Shown here: in pieces, positions 51,498-64,000 of the stretch
Numbering within the stretch: position 1 is the first letter of the stretch
How the letters are laid out: every line of letters starts with the position of its first letter
Assembly (NCBI GenBank): GCA_951406725.2
Contig: OX597835.1
Coordinates: forward strand, 46,686,001-46,750,000
Origin: Octopus vulgaris
Taxonomy: Eukaryota
DNA: 64,000 bases
Direction: 5' to 3'
The notes under the pieces: model-generated
Told to the model about the DNA's origin: nothing
The model's database searches: none
The model's input: only the letters and a program-made list of their open reading frames with translations
Program-made: the position numbers and the translations under genes

Positions 51498-51840
51498 TAA
51501 TAATAATAATAATGAAATTATTGTATACAGTGCTCAGGTGCACCACAACTTGTCAGAAAGTGCGTATAAAGCATATGCAGTAATGTACAAATGTCTGGAA
51601 AACGAACAATGTATGAGTCAGATACATGCTTGTGTGTGTATGGAGGGGAGAAAATCAGGTGTAGTGTTGGCGAATCTCAGAAAGCATGGAAGTTTTGAAG
51701 GATGCAGTGCTCCGGCAACTAACAACTGATGCCGGCAGTTTGTTCCATGCTTCAGCAACTCTCAGCGTGAAAAAAAAGTTTCCTAAAGTCATGGGAGCTG
51801 TGTTGTTTTCTGACTTTGTAAATATGTTCACGGGTGTATA
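51498..51840 (-). mobile_element. 3' end of a CR1/L2-like LINE
   Basis: FFFTLRVAEAWNKLPASVVSCRSTASFKTSML (F..RV...WN.LP..V...FK..L motif), 3' UTR and (ATT)n tail. Confidence 0.8.
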
Positions 51841-51949
51841 AAGGAAAGTGTGTGTGCATATCACCGAAAGGCTCTGAAATTGTGCATCCGAGAGAAAAAC
51901 GGGTTTGATTTTTGTAATCTGCGTCCCGAAGACAAAGTATTCCATTAAT

Positions 51950-52135
51950 ATTTATCAATTTCCAGTGAGTTTTAGTTTTGCCATGGCCATCAGTAACTCG
52001 CAAGGCAAGCATCTTAGGTTGACGGTTGACATCTTGAAGTGCCCTGCATCACCCATTGTCAGCTTTATGTTGGGGTGTTCAAGGAAAGAAAGCAAGGGTA
52101 ATCTTTACAAGTATGCACCTTTTGGAAGAACAAAA
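51950..52135 (+). pseudogene. decayed PIF1-like helicase C-terminus (probably Helitron RepHel)
   Basis: YQFPVSFSFAMAISNSQGKHL resembles QFPVRLAFAMTINKSQGQTL; frameshifted HCQLYVG/CSR resembles HGQLYVA.SR. Confidence 0.75.
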
Positions 52136-52306
52136 GATCTTCGTTTATCGAGACATTATAAATTTGCCCAAATAATGCGGAAATCCGTCCTGACCAAGAG
52201 GCTTATCCGCCAGGGAAGACATGAAGTGACATGGAATAAATAAAAAAACAAACAGTTGAAATAAAGGCATTCTATTGTGAAAATCCGGAAACGATGGCCT
52301 ATTCAG

Positions 52307-52340
<34 letters not shown>

Positions 52341-52353
52341 TGTGTGTGTGTAT

Positions 52354-52397
<44 letters not shown>

Positions 52398-52552
52398 AGT
52401 GCTTAACGCCACCTAAACATGGATGTTCTTTAGGAACCACCGACACTGCTATTTTAACCCCAGGAGGACGCCTCCTACACCTAGTTTTTCAGTGCTCACT
52501 GCACTCGATATATTTTGTACGTATGTATGCATGTATGTGTATGTATGTATTA

Positions 52553-53380
52553 AGTGTTCAGTTTAAACTTGACAGTTTGCTTAAAAGGGAAAAGAAAGCA
52601 CAATATTTCATGCAAAAATAGATGTAATAAAAAAAAATGATTACATTATGACTGGGAGATAATAGTTTACTGAAAACATCCCCCTTCAGATTCAAGCACG
52701 GCTCCTGAGCCTGGTGTGCGCGTTCTTCACTTTGTTCTTGTAAAGAACAGCTCCTTGATCTTGGACACCGGCTCGGTTTTGTAGCTGCAGGCAGGGTGGT
52801 TGTTGACTTTTCCAATTACGCCCCACACATGGTAATCTTTAGGATTACAATCAAAGGAAATGCGAAGTAGGAAATTGGGGCATGTGATGTAGAAATTCAC
52901 TAAGAACCACTTCTGGCTTTTTCCGAATCCTGCTGCCACACATGTGGCCTTCCAGTAAAATCACTCCCTAGCCAAACTTTAACCACATTCTCCAGCGGCT
53001 TAAAATAACCGTCTGAATTGAGCCTAAGGCCCTGTTCACAGACGTGGGGCCGCATGACGTCATCCTCGTTTGGGGGCACACCCAAAGACAATCGCATATT
53101 GGGTGAACTTGGTTTCATGACGTCCACGTCATGTGTCACAGCCTTTACAGCGTGCACGGAGGATTGAGCATCAGCCATGATGTCAGCATTTTGGTACTTG
53201 GCACCGAATCATCATTCTGGTACTTGGCACTGATACAGGATACTCTTTTCCAATATCCGGGTGGCTTCCCGTCGTCAGTTAGCTTGTTTTCAACTTCAAC
53301 TCTTATACTTTCCAACGCCGTTGACTGTTCGCCAAGATACATCTAGCTCTTCCTGAAATAAAGAAAACAAAACTTTTTAA
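52553..53380 (-). pseudogene. decayed Tc1/mariner-superfamily transposase (maT/DD37D-like) with right end
   Basis: Fragments GLRLNSDGY..LENVVKVW...HVWQQDS and SFDCNPKDYHVWG (WQQD.A and SPD.NP.DY.VWG motifs). Confidence 0.8.
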
Positions 53381-55514
53381 AGCCAAAATTCAGTTTCTCT
53401 CTACTAAATCCATTCACAAGGATTTGGCCGGTCCGAGGCTGTAGTAAAAAACAATTGCCCAAGGTGCCACGCAGTGGGACTGAACCTGGAACCATGTGGT
53501 GGGGAAGCAAGCTTCTTACTACTACACAGCCATGCCTGTGCATAACAACTCTGGCAGTTCGCCGTCTTATGTCGAGTTGCAATAAAAACAATTTAACAGT
53601 GAACTGAAGAAGTACTCAATACTTTTCGTAGAGTGCTTATTTAATACGTATTTAGAAGAAGAGGAGCGACGGTGCTTTTGTGTTTTTGCCTGGCTGTGGT
53701 ATGTGTTTATGTGTATATGAGTATAAAGTGAGGGAGAGAGAGGGGGAGAAAGAGAGGGAGAGAGATGGGAGAGGGGGGAAGGGAGAAGTGGAGAAAGAAA
53801 GAGAAAGATGAAATGTCGTCGAGAAAAATAGATGAGGTAGGGAAAGAAAAAGAAAGAGGACAGATTCTTATGACGTCAATGTATTGTGAAAGAACAACAG
53901 CAACAACAACAACAACAACAACGATGACGTCGATGTCGACGACGATGACAACAACAACAACAAAACAACATCATCAGCAGAGAACAAGAATGTGTGCGTT
54001 CGTCTAAGTCATGTGGCTGGTGATGTGTTGATGACGGATGCTGTGTAGAAGTTGAGGAGTAAACAGATAGATGCCAATGATGCTGTTGTTGTTGTTGTTG
54101 TTGTTGTTTTTGCTGTTGTTGTTGTTGTTTTTGCTGTTGCAGATTTCATCATCGAGATGAAGAAAATGCTATTTTTTTTTCTTTTCTGATACACATGCGT
54201 ACAGAGGCAGATACCTAAGCGCGCGAGCGCACTTTAGCATCCCGACTTCCTCACAGCATCTCTGCCATGTACCGATGGAATCTGGGGCGAAGACCGAGAT
54301 ATCATGCTAGTACCACTGACATCACCATTACTGCTCCCACCCCCCACCGCCGCCGCCGCCGCCGCCGCCGCCACCGCTGTGATTACAACCGCCACCACCA
54401 TCACAGCCAACCCACACCACCACAACTGTGTCACCATCATCAAAACCATCACTACCATCTTCACTCCCACCACCACCACAACCACAACCATCGTCATTAT
54501 TGTCCTCATTACCATCCTCGTCACCACCACCACCACCACCATTATCAGCCGCATCAACAACAATAGCTACATCATATCCACGAGCTACTGAGAAAGCACG
54601 TGGCAAATGAGGAACACATAAGTGGTCGTCCAACCAGCAAGAAATAACAGCCAAATTGCCTCTAAAATGGACACTTTGGCTTATATAGTCCTAGATACAT
54701 GAAGAAAAACTGACGGGGTGGTCACAGGAAGAATAATTCGATCTGACGATACGTTCGCTCATTCAGAACTCACCTTGGATAAAGAAACACCATGACCATC
54801 GCACCAACACCACTACCACCATCACCACATCTACTATCACCATGATTATCATCATCATTATCATTATACCATCGCTACTGCTGTCAAGATTGATATCATT
54901 AGCATCACCACCATCATCAAAACTAATTCTATCATCACAACCATCACCACCATCAACAACACCACCGCCATCAAGACCTCCGTTAGCAACACAACCATCG
55001 AGTTCCCCTCCAAACACCGTCAACGCCACCACTACCACCAACAAGAACCATCAAGACCGTCTTGAAGGATACAGCCATCACCCCCACCATCAACACCATC
55101 AGTAATACCACACCAACACCAAAACCACCACCACCACCACCACTATTATCAGTTCCCACATTAACTGTCGGTTACCAACAAAATTCTTCTTCAGGACAAA
55201 TACCATTTAGACCACCATCAACAGCCCCACCAACAACAACGCCACCATCGAAATCGATTCCATAAGCGCCACCATCAGCAAACAATATCATCTTCAAGAC
55301 CAATACCATCACCCCCACCCCCACCGCCATCAAGACCAATGTCATCAGCACCACCACCACCACCACCAATCTAGTCCTTCCTTTTCTACCCCATCGTCAT
55401 TAGGGATCGACAATCGACATTTGGTGACCTTTTTGATAAACATTGAGTGCCAGAATTTTTGTGGCTGATACAAAGTGTTTTTTTATACTCGCACACATAC
55501 ATATGTATATACGA

Positions 55515-55550
<36 letters not shown>

Positions 55551-55571
55551 ACATATTGTATATGGCTCTTC

Positions 55572-55803
55572 CTCTTTTACTTGTTTCAGTCATTTGACTG
55601 CGGCCATGCTGGAGCACCGCCTTTAATCGAGCAAATCAATCCCAGGACTTATTCCTTGTAAGCCTAGTACTTATTCTATCGGTCTCTTTTACCGAACCGC
55701 TAAGTTACGGGGGCGTAAACACACCAGCATCGGTTGTTAAGCGATGCTGGGGGACAAACACAGACACACAAACATATACAGACACATACATACATATATA
55801 TAC

Positions 55804-55855
<52 letters not shown>

Positions 55856-56017
55856 GACGGCTTTCTTTCAGTTTCCGTCTACCAAATCCACTCACAAGGC
55901 ATTGGTCGGCCCGAGGCTATAGCAGAAGACACTTGCCCAAGGTGCCACGCAGTGGGACTGAACCCGGAACCATGTGGTTGGTAAGCAAGCTACTTACCAC
56001 ACAGCCACTCCTACGCC
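55572..56017 (-). mobile_element. tRNA-derived SINE, family A (full length)
   Basis: Reverse complement of 2623-3052. Confidence 0.85.
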
Positions 56018-56079
56018 TATATATATATTTTATTTACATGACACCATTTAGTCAGCTAAATAGGTATAATTTTTTTCTT

Positions 56080-56250
56080 TCTTGCTTCTTGCTTGCTTCA
56101 AGCTCTTCAAGCTCTTGCCTGATAGGGTTAAACCCAGGTTAAAATCCTCAGAGACGTCATCATGCGTAGAGCCGACCAGGTTCACCTGTGCCCTCCACTG
56201 CGGGCGGCTCCGTACCAGCTCCGGCGCGTCCTCCAATTCTATGCCCCCAC
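56080..56250 (-). mobile_element. possible RTE-like LINE 3' end
   Basis: GIELEDAPELVRSRPQWRAQV resembles the A.DR..WR..V C-terminus of RTE RTs; (CAAG)-like tail. Confidence 0.4.
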
Positions 56251-57183
56251 CTAATCAGCAGATCGGTGAAGAGCTGAATCAAGTAAGGTAAAGATCTGCA
56301 AATCCACAGCCACTGAAATGGTGCCTTATTTTAACGACCCAGGTAAAATTGAAAAGAAAAACCCCCAAAACAGATTTGTACCTCAGTGAGAGTTGAACTC
56401 ACAACGTCCAATGCTGGTAAAAATATCACAAAAATATTTTACCCAACGCTGCCCTCCACTTCCATCAACCCACAGCCATTGAAACCTTATCTTAGGATGA
56501 TAAAAAGCAATTTGACAACCGAGATATTTGAACTCAGAACGCAAAATACTGAAGCGAATACTGCCAAAATTCTTTGCCCAACGCTCTAGCAATTTCACGA
56601 AGTGACCGGCCCTAGACTGGACACTAAGTCACCGGCACAAGGATGAAAGGACAGGTTGACGTCAGAGGGGATTGAACTCACAAACGCAAAGGGCCAGAAC
56701 AAATATCGCAAAAGTACTTTGTTTAATGCTCTAATGACTGTTAATTCACCGTCTGGAATGTGTTCTTAGATGAAAAAACGCGATGGTCACGGTTGGACTA
56801 CTTCTGCACGTAAGTCTGTTAGATCAGCAACAACAACGAAAACAACGAACATATCACAGTATTGTATCCCGCCTTAAGAATATATTATGTAATTCATTCG
56901 ATTCGAACGCCATATCTGCCAGTCGTTTTCTCTCTCTCTCTTTCTCTCTCTCACACACACACACACACATACACATACATACACACACACATATATATAT
57001 ATATATATATGCATGTATACATATATACGCATATATATACATACATGCACACACAGACACATACACACACATATACATTACATATAGAGATATACATACA
57101 CACACATATATATATATATATACATACAAATAAGAAAATGGAGGAACAGATTCCTTTCAATCATCGACTTACAGATATTACCA

Positions 57184-57257
<74 letters not shown>

Positions 57258-57271
57258 TGTATGTATGTATG

Positions 57272-57319
<48 letters not shown>

Positions 57320-58574
57320 AATGAGAATCTGTATGTGTGTATGTATGTTGCTATTGTTTAGCCTGGGTTAATGTCTCATCAAACAGATTATTGTTGTTCC
57401 CACTTGTATTGGAAGAAGCAGTGCTAGGAAGGATTAGTGGGGCTGTGATGTGAACTAATTTTTTAAGCCTTTTCACGTAGCCAATTCCAAGAGAGAGAGA
57501 GAGGGGGAGGGAGGGAGGGAAGGAGGGATGAGGGAGAGAGAAGAATCGCTACTAAAACAAAAGACTTGTATTTTATTTATCGAACACGAAAAGGTGAACA
57601 GTAAAGTTGACGTCGGTGTGGTTTGAACACGGAATCCAAACGACCGGAAGGAACATTTCATCCGACAATTCTAACGAGTCTGCTAATTCATTACCTAAAA
57701 CAGGGACATGTAATCGAACACAATTCAGGTACAAACTCTCGGGAATACACTGGTTAAAAACAAGCAAAAAACCAAAAAAAAAAACATCTTGTACAGTAAA
57801 ATAGTTGAAAATCACCCCAAACCATCCGGGTTGCTTTAGATTCCTTTTCCTTTCCAAAGAGTAATTTTTTTTTTTCATTTCACAAAATTACAAGCGAGTT
57901 TCCCAAAGCATCCAATTTACTCGGAACGTCGTGTTAGTTCGAACGGATGACAAAATTGACTCCTGGCTGGATTTGAACCCAAAACGCAAAACGTCGGAAC
58001 AAATGTATGGAACAGCTTAGCCGTCACTCGCGAGCGAGAATGGCCTGACGCCATGTGTCACGCTCTTGTTGCTTATTTCGATTGGCGCCTGTCTGGTCGC
58101 GTACGTACTGACAGAGACACACATTCGGCCCTTTCGACCTTCACCCTACGACACATCCAGGGTGTCACACCTCGACGGAAGCGGGTGGTTGCGGGTTCAT
58201 TAGTACTTCGGGTGGGATTTATTTACAATTGAAGCAAAGCTCAAGGATCTAATGCGCTACCCGTTTCAGGAATGGTACTAACGTTATTATGACCTTGAAA
58301 CAAATACCCTGCCCACCCCACCACGCACCCAGGAGCCTTCATCGGTGCAAATGATGGAACTGGAATCTGTTTGTTTGTTTTATTTTATTTTTATTCTTTT
58401 CTTTACAGACAATTCATCGGGAGTACAAAAACATGAAAAACGAACATTGCATCAGCATCACTATCATCATTGCCATCATCGAAACAACAACCGCGGTCAC
58501 CACCATCACCACCATCACCACCGCAATCACAACAGCATCATCATCACTCAACGACCGCCACAACCATCACCACC

Positions 58575-58608
<34 letters not shown>

Positions 58609-58610
58609 TC

Positions 58611-58642
<32 letters not shown>

Positions 58643-58758
58643 AAGAAGAAGAAGAAGAACAACAACAACAACCATTGTATGATTGCCGTCACAGCAACAA
58701 TACCCACCACCACCACCATATCGGCAGTATATTAACATCAGCAGCAGCAACAACAACA

Positions 58759-58794
<36 letters not shown>

Positions 58795-59162
58795 GGTAAA
58801 CCATGGGAAAAACATGCACTTTCTTTCCATGCAACACAGAAACTAACGAATGAGAACAGTCAGTCAGTCAGTCAGTGAGAAGATAAGCAAGGCAGGTAGG
58901 CAGGCAGGCAGAAAGGCAGGCAGGCAGACAGGCAAGGTAGGCAGACAGGCAGGCAGGCCAGGTAGACATACTGCACAGACGGACGGACGGAGAGACAGGC
59001 AGACGGACAGCCGGTTTTCACGCCCAAGCAGACGCGCAGGCGCGCGTGCACACACTCAAACAAACATCATTTAGGACGTCAGAAAGTATAAGAGAGACAA
59101 ACAAGTGTAGAGCGATACGTTAATATCGAAGACACAAACAAATGCTTACGTATACACACACA

Positions 59163-59228
<66 letters not shown>

Positions 59229-59374
59229 TACATACATACGCATATACATACATACATACATATCGTGTTGATGTTGTTGAAATTCCAATGAAGGAACCTT
59301 AGATCTAGGTTAGAAACCGGCTCTTTCTCTTTTGGCAAGAAATCTTGAAATGCACCGAATAATGATATAAATAG

Positions 59375-59650
59375 CTCGCTTCCCAACCGCATGGTTCCGG
59401 GTTCAGTTCCACTGCGTGGCACCTTCGGCAAGTGTCTTCTACTATAACCTCGGGCTGACCAAAGCCTTGCGAGTGGATTTGGTAAACGGAAATTGAAAGA
59501 AGCTTGTCGTATATATATGTGTGCGTGTGTGTGTACATACTTGTGTGTTTGTGTCTGTGTCCCTCAACCATCGTTTGACAACCGATGTTGGTGTGTTTAT
59601 GCCCCCGTAACTTAACGGTTCGGCAAAAGAGACCCGATAGAATAAGTACT
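59375..59650 (+). mobile_element. SINE family A (partial)
   Basis: Homology to 2623-3052. Confidence 0.8.
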
Positions 59651-59652
59651 AG

Positions 59653-60038
59653 TCTTTTACTTGTTTCAGTCATTTGACTGCGGCCATGCTAGAGCACCGC
59701 CTTTAGTCGAGCAAATAGACCCAAGGACTTATTCTTTGGATGCCTAGTACTTATTCTATCGATCTCTTTTGCCGACCCGCTAAGTTACGGGGACGTAAAC
59801 ACACCACCATCGGTTGTCAAGCGATGTTGGAGGGACAAACACAGACACACAAACATATACACGCATACATATATATACATATATACGACGGGCTTCTTTC
59901 AGTTTCCGTCTACCAAATCCACTCACAAGGCTTTTGTCGGCCCGAGTCTATAGTAGAAGACACTTGCCCAAGGTGCCACGCAATGGGATTGAACTCGGAA
60001 CCATGTGATTTGTAAGCAAGCTACTTACCACACAGCCA
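59653..60038 (-). mobile_element. SINE family A
   Basis: Reverse-complement homology; abuts the previous copy tail-to-tail. Confidence 0.8.
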
Positions 60039-60136
60039 AAAGAACAAGTGCTGAGGTCGATTCGTTCGACTAAAGGCGGTGCTCCAGCATGGCCGCATTC
60101 AAATGATTGAAACAAGGAATAAAATACATACATGCA

Positions 60137-60170
<34 letters not shown>

Positions 60171-60389
60171 TGTTATCGTCAAACAGATGAGATCGAGAGA
60201 ATGCCAATACAGAAAGCATTTCGTAGCGCTCAGATGATTTGAACTTAGACTCCGATATCTTCACCGAGGACCAAGTCAGCAGAGTAAAGAGTAGCTCTAA
60301 GGGGAATCCCAGTGAGGAGATATGGAAACAAAGACCCAAATAACCAGATTAAGACCGAGGGTTTAAATGTACACAAAATACATTCATGT

Positions 60390-61088
60390 CTGCTGCTGGA
60401 GAGGACCGATCAGGTAAAGGACCTAGGTATCTTGGTGGATTCCTCCTTTTCGCCTTCGGCCCAGTGCGTCCATACTGCCAACAAAGCACGCGGAATTCTG
60501 TTCTTGATTCGACGGTCATTCGGAATGCTCACAGCAGCCATATTCCTACCACTCTATGTCACGCTGGTGAGACCCATATTGGAGTACGGGATTCAAGCCA
60601 CTTCTCCTTATCTCCTCAAAGACATACAGCATCTCGAAAGAGTCCAGAAGCTGGCTACCCGCATGGTTCATGGTCTCAAAAATTTTTCCTATGAAGAAAG
60701 GCTGAGGACGCTCGACCTTTATTCTCTAGAAAAACGCCGCCGCCGATCTCATTCTCGCACACAACATCATAAGCGGAAAGTGTAACCTCTCGAAAGAGCT
60801 GTTCTTCACTCCTGCTCTAGAGCGTCGGCTGCGGGGTCATTCCGAAAAGCTCTACCTGCGACGATTTCATCTCAAACGAAGGAGAGGAGCTTTCTCCGTC
60901 CGGGTTGCGGATCCGTGGAACAAGCTGCCAGACGAGATGGTGAAGATGCCGACGACCGCTTTGTTCAAAGCCTCCCTTGACTTCAAGTGGCCTGAACTCT
61001 TTACATGAACACCACCCTGTACTTAACTCCATGTCCCCCTACATGGCCTTGCTATTTGCTTTTAAGCCAAATTAACTAACTAACTAAC
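60390..61088 (+). mobile_element. 5'-truncated CR1-like LINE (RT C-terminal region, 3' UTR, (AACT)n tail)
   Basis: VKDLGILVD...ANKARGIL..IRRSF...LYVTLVRPILEYG...LERVQKLATRMV.GL...YEERL..LDLYSLEKRR; after a frameshift RGH...FSVRVADPWNKLP...FKASLD; stop at 61006-61008; tail AACTAACTAACTAAC. Confidence 0.92.
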
Positions 61089-61154
61089 ATGTAAAAAAAA
61101 AAGGCAGACTCGAAATTTTCAAATGGTTAACTATCAATTGTATAATCTGTGATT

Positions 61155-61527
61155 CTTTTACTTGTTTCAGTCAATTGACTGCGGCCATACCGGAGCACCA
61201 CCTTTAGTCGAGCAAATCGACCCCAAGACTTATTCTTTGTAAGCGTAGTACTTATTCCATCGGTCTTATTTGCCCAACCGCAATGTTACGGGGACGTAAA
61301 CACACCATCATCGGTTGTCAAGCGAAGTTTGGGGGACAAGCACACATGCCCCCCGCGCCACACACACATACAAATATGTACGACGGGCTTCTTTCCGTTT
61401 CCGTCTACCAAATCCACTCACAAGGCTTTGGTCGCCCTGAGGATATAGTAGGAGACATTTGCCCAAGGTGTCACGCAGTGGAACTGAACCCGGAGCCATA
61501 CGGTTGGTAAGCAAGCTACTTACCACA
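61155..61527 (-). mobile_element. SINE family A
   Basis: Reverse-complement homology to 2623-3052. Confidence 0.8.
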
Positions 61528-61708
61528 CTACACTACATATTTATATATATATATATATATTACTCTTTTACTCTTTTAGTTGTATCAGTCATTTGACTGC
61601 GGCCATGCTGGAGCACCGCCCGTTTAGTCGTGCAAATCGACCCCAGGACTTATTCTTTGGAAGCCTAGTACTTATTCTATCGGTCTCTCTCTCTCTCTCG
61701 CTCTCTCG

Positions 61709-61751
<43 letters not shown>

Positions 61752-61829
61752 CAAAATAAGAAAATGGAGAAATACATCTATGCACCCACACCCATGTGGG
61801 TATATATGTAGACTGATTTATATTACATA

Positions 61830-61956
61830 ATCTCCGAAGAGGCCTTATGATATGTTTGTAAATGTCTCATTTATATCTATATATTGACCTACCATAAAGG
61901 GCTAATATTGGTAAAATGAGACATACTTATCTACATGGCCGAAACAGCTGTAAGAT
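61830..61956 (+). ncRNA. hammerhead-like motif with C at core position 4 and very long stem II
   Basis: ATCT-CCGAAGA-GGCC...ATGTCTCATTT...AAATGAGACAT...GGCC-GAAAC-AGCT-GTA-AGAT. Confidence 0.7.
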
Positions 61957-62404
61957 CTAATTTATACTTATAATTATATTTACTTATATTTATATTCTCT
62001 TTTATATATATTCTACTTATTATACAACATTACTTTTTTATGTACACTTTTTTATGTACATTCCTTTATGTACACTGATTTGTTCTGCTTTTTTATGTTT
62101 AACCCTACAGTCTCTTATGTGGTGGTTTAATAAAGTATGTGATTGAGTATTATCTGGTAATTGATATTTGATTTAGATGTATTTCTCCATTTTCTTATCT
62201 TGTATTAGTAATTTGTGGTAAATCATTTTACTTTTGCCCATATAATACAGTAAATGAAATAATTGCATCGCAATCCTTAACATTTATGTATTAACTTTGT
62301 TGGGTACTTCACTAGCAGTATATTGGATATATGTTATCCCATGGAGGGTTGCATTTACAACCCCTATCTCAATTTGTATATACATATATATATATATATA
62401 CAAT

Positions 62405-62440
<36 letters not shown>

Positions 62441-62705
62441 GAGTGAGGGAAGGAACACTGAAATCAACAAACCTTCGTAGAAAGATCACAATGAACACAA
62501 CAAACGAGTTGGACGACGACCACAATCATTCCTAAATTTTTTTTTCTCTTGCGTAGGGAAAAAAACAACAACAACAAATTGTAATATGAAACCCATAAGC
62601 AACAACAACAACAACAACAACAGTAACAATAATAACTGAAGTAGTAAACAAAAATTATCTTTGTCTATGTATGTTGTGTATTAATGCATGTTGCATGTGT
62701 ATGTA

Positions 62706-62852
<147 letters not shown>

Positions 62853-63081
62853 TTAGACACAAAACCACTATTTTGCAAAACAAACAAGGAAAGACTTAAT
62901 CAATACATAAAATTTTAATAAAAAGTAAAAAAAAGTAAAAAAAAGTAAAAAAAATAAAAAATAAAAAATAAAAAGTAAAAAAAGTATATATATAGCCTGT
63001 GTTCAGGTATTATGTGCTTGCGTGGATGCCGAAGTGTGTGGAGGAATTCCAGAAGTAACCGGAAACGTTCTCTGTGGAACA

Positions 63082-63123
<42 letters not shown>

Positions 63124-63301
63124 AACAGCAGAATCAAAATGTTTCACCAAAAAGGAGAATTCTAATTATCACTAAATGTGAGTAGGATCTTAAGAAAGAC
63201 CTACACTGCTAGAAATAAGAGCTAAATGCTCTTATGCTGTGGAGTGTTTCTTAACACACTAGTCACACACATGTGTGTGTATGTGTGTGTGTGTTTGTGT
63301 G

Positions 63302-63570
63302 AAGGCGCATGGCTCAGTGGTTAAAACGTTGAGCTTACGATCGTGAGGTTGTAAGTTCGATTACCGGACCGGGGCTGCGTGTTGTGTTCTTGAGCAAGAC
63401 ACTTTATTTCACGTTGCTCCAGTTCACTCATCTGTAGAAATGAGATGCGACGTCAGTGGTGCGAACCCTAGGCTGTGCGTCCGCCGTTGAGGCGACTTTC
63501 CGCCCAGACTTGTACCCTGGATGGGAACCGGAACCTCTTAGGTGCACCCATGGTCATTCGTGACCGACGG
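63302..63570 (+). mobile_element. tRNA-derived SINE related to family C
   Basis: GGCGCATGGCTCAGTGGTT...GTTCGATTACC head followed by GTGTTCTTGAGCAAGACAC body. Confidence 0.75.
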
Positions 63571-64000
63571 AGTCGAGTTTTGAATTAATATGTGCGTGTG
63601 TGCATGTGTGTGTGTGCGTGTGTGTGTGTACTTATATATAAGTATATCTGTATGTAATATATATATTGCAATATAATTTATGTATGTATGTGTGTGTGTG
63701 TATGTATGTTACTAATACAACTCTGGTTGTCGGAGAAAAGCTGACAAAAAGCACCCGGCGAAAGGGAAACGGAAGTATCGCTTCTATCCCCGATAGACAC
63801 GTTTCATAGTTTGGCCCTAAAACAAAAAAAGCAAACAAGATCCCCATTGAATCAGACGACCTATGAGTCAAGATATTTTGCTGTTGATCACAATATCTAT
63901 AATAATGATAGTAATTAGCACCTAGTAATTATGAAATAATTATCCGAAGTCTGCTTCTTACTAGCTACAATGACAATGTCTCGGTAAGTGTGTATATGAC

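Noticed and set aside
54234-55369. His/Pro/Thr/Ala-rich ORFs resembling transcription-factor low-complexity regions
   Set aside because: Degenerate (CAC)/(CAT)/(GCC) trinucleotide tracts open in multiple frames on both strands with no domain; the same applies to 58345-58878.
63790-63878. Minus-strand ATAG...CTAT-GAAA-CGTG-TC-TAT resembling the 3' half of an HHR
   Set aside because: The upstream core reads TTGACTC, too far from NUGANNA to call.

Overview
AT-rich animal genomic DNA full of microsatellites, very probably a coleoid cephalopod (Octopus-like; inferred from the SINE sequences and the (TA)n/(TATG)n/(GATA)n density, not from a database search). I found no convincing host protein-coding exon, and almost all ORFs in the track are translated microsatellites. 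The only long real coding unit is a near-intact Penelope-like retroelement (PLE, 28596-34473): reverse transcriptase, then a GIY-YIG endonuclease in the +1 frame, a direct pseudo-LTR, a ~0.95 kb inverted 5' arm and three hammerhead ribozyme (HHR) copies. The main unexplained signal is about 17 minimal type I HHR motifs from roughly 11 families with dissimilar flanks. Several sit in non-coding palindromic elements (17001-18863, 24628-24886, 41451-41997) that resemble the PLE architecture. Some carry compensatory core variants (U3-A8, G3-C8) or recurrent non-canonical cores (U8, C4). The background holds three tRNA-derived SINE families, non-autonomous Helitrons, a piggyBac-like element with nested insertions, mariner/hAT/Tigger MITEs and CR1-, RTE- and R4/Dong-like LINE remnants. 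Coordinates were read by eye: ribozyme and element termini should be within a few nt, SINE boundaries are approximate, and no ribozyme activity is demonstrated.
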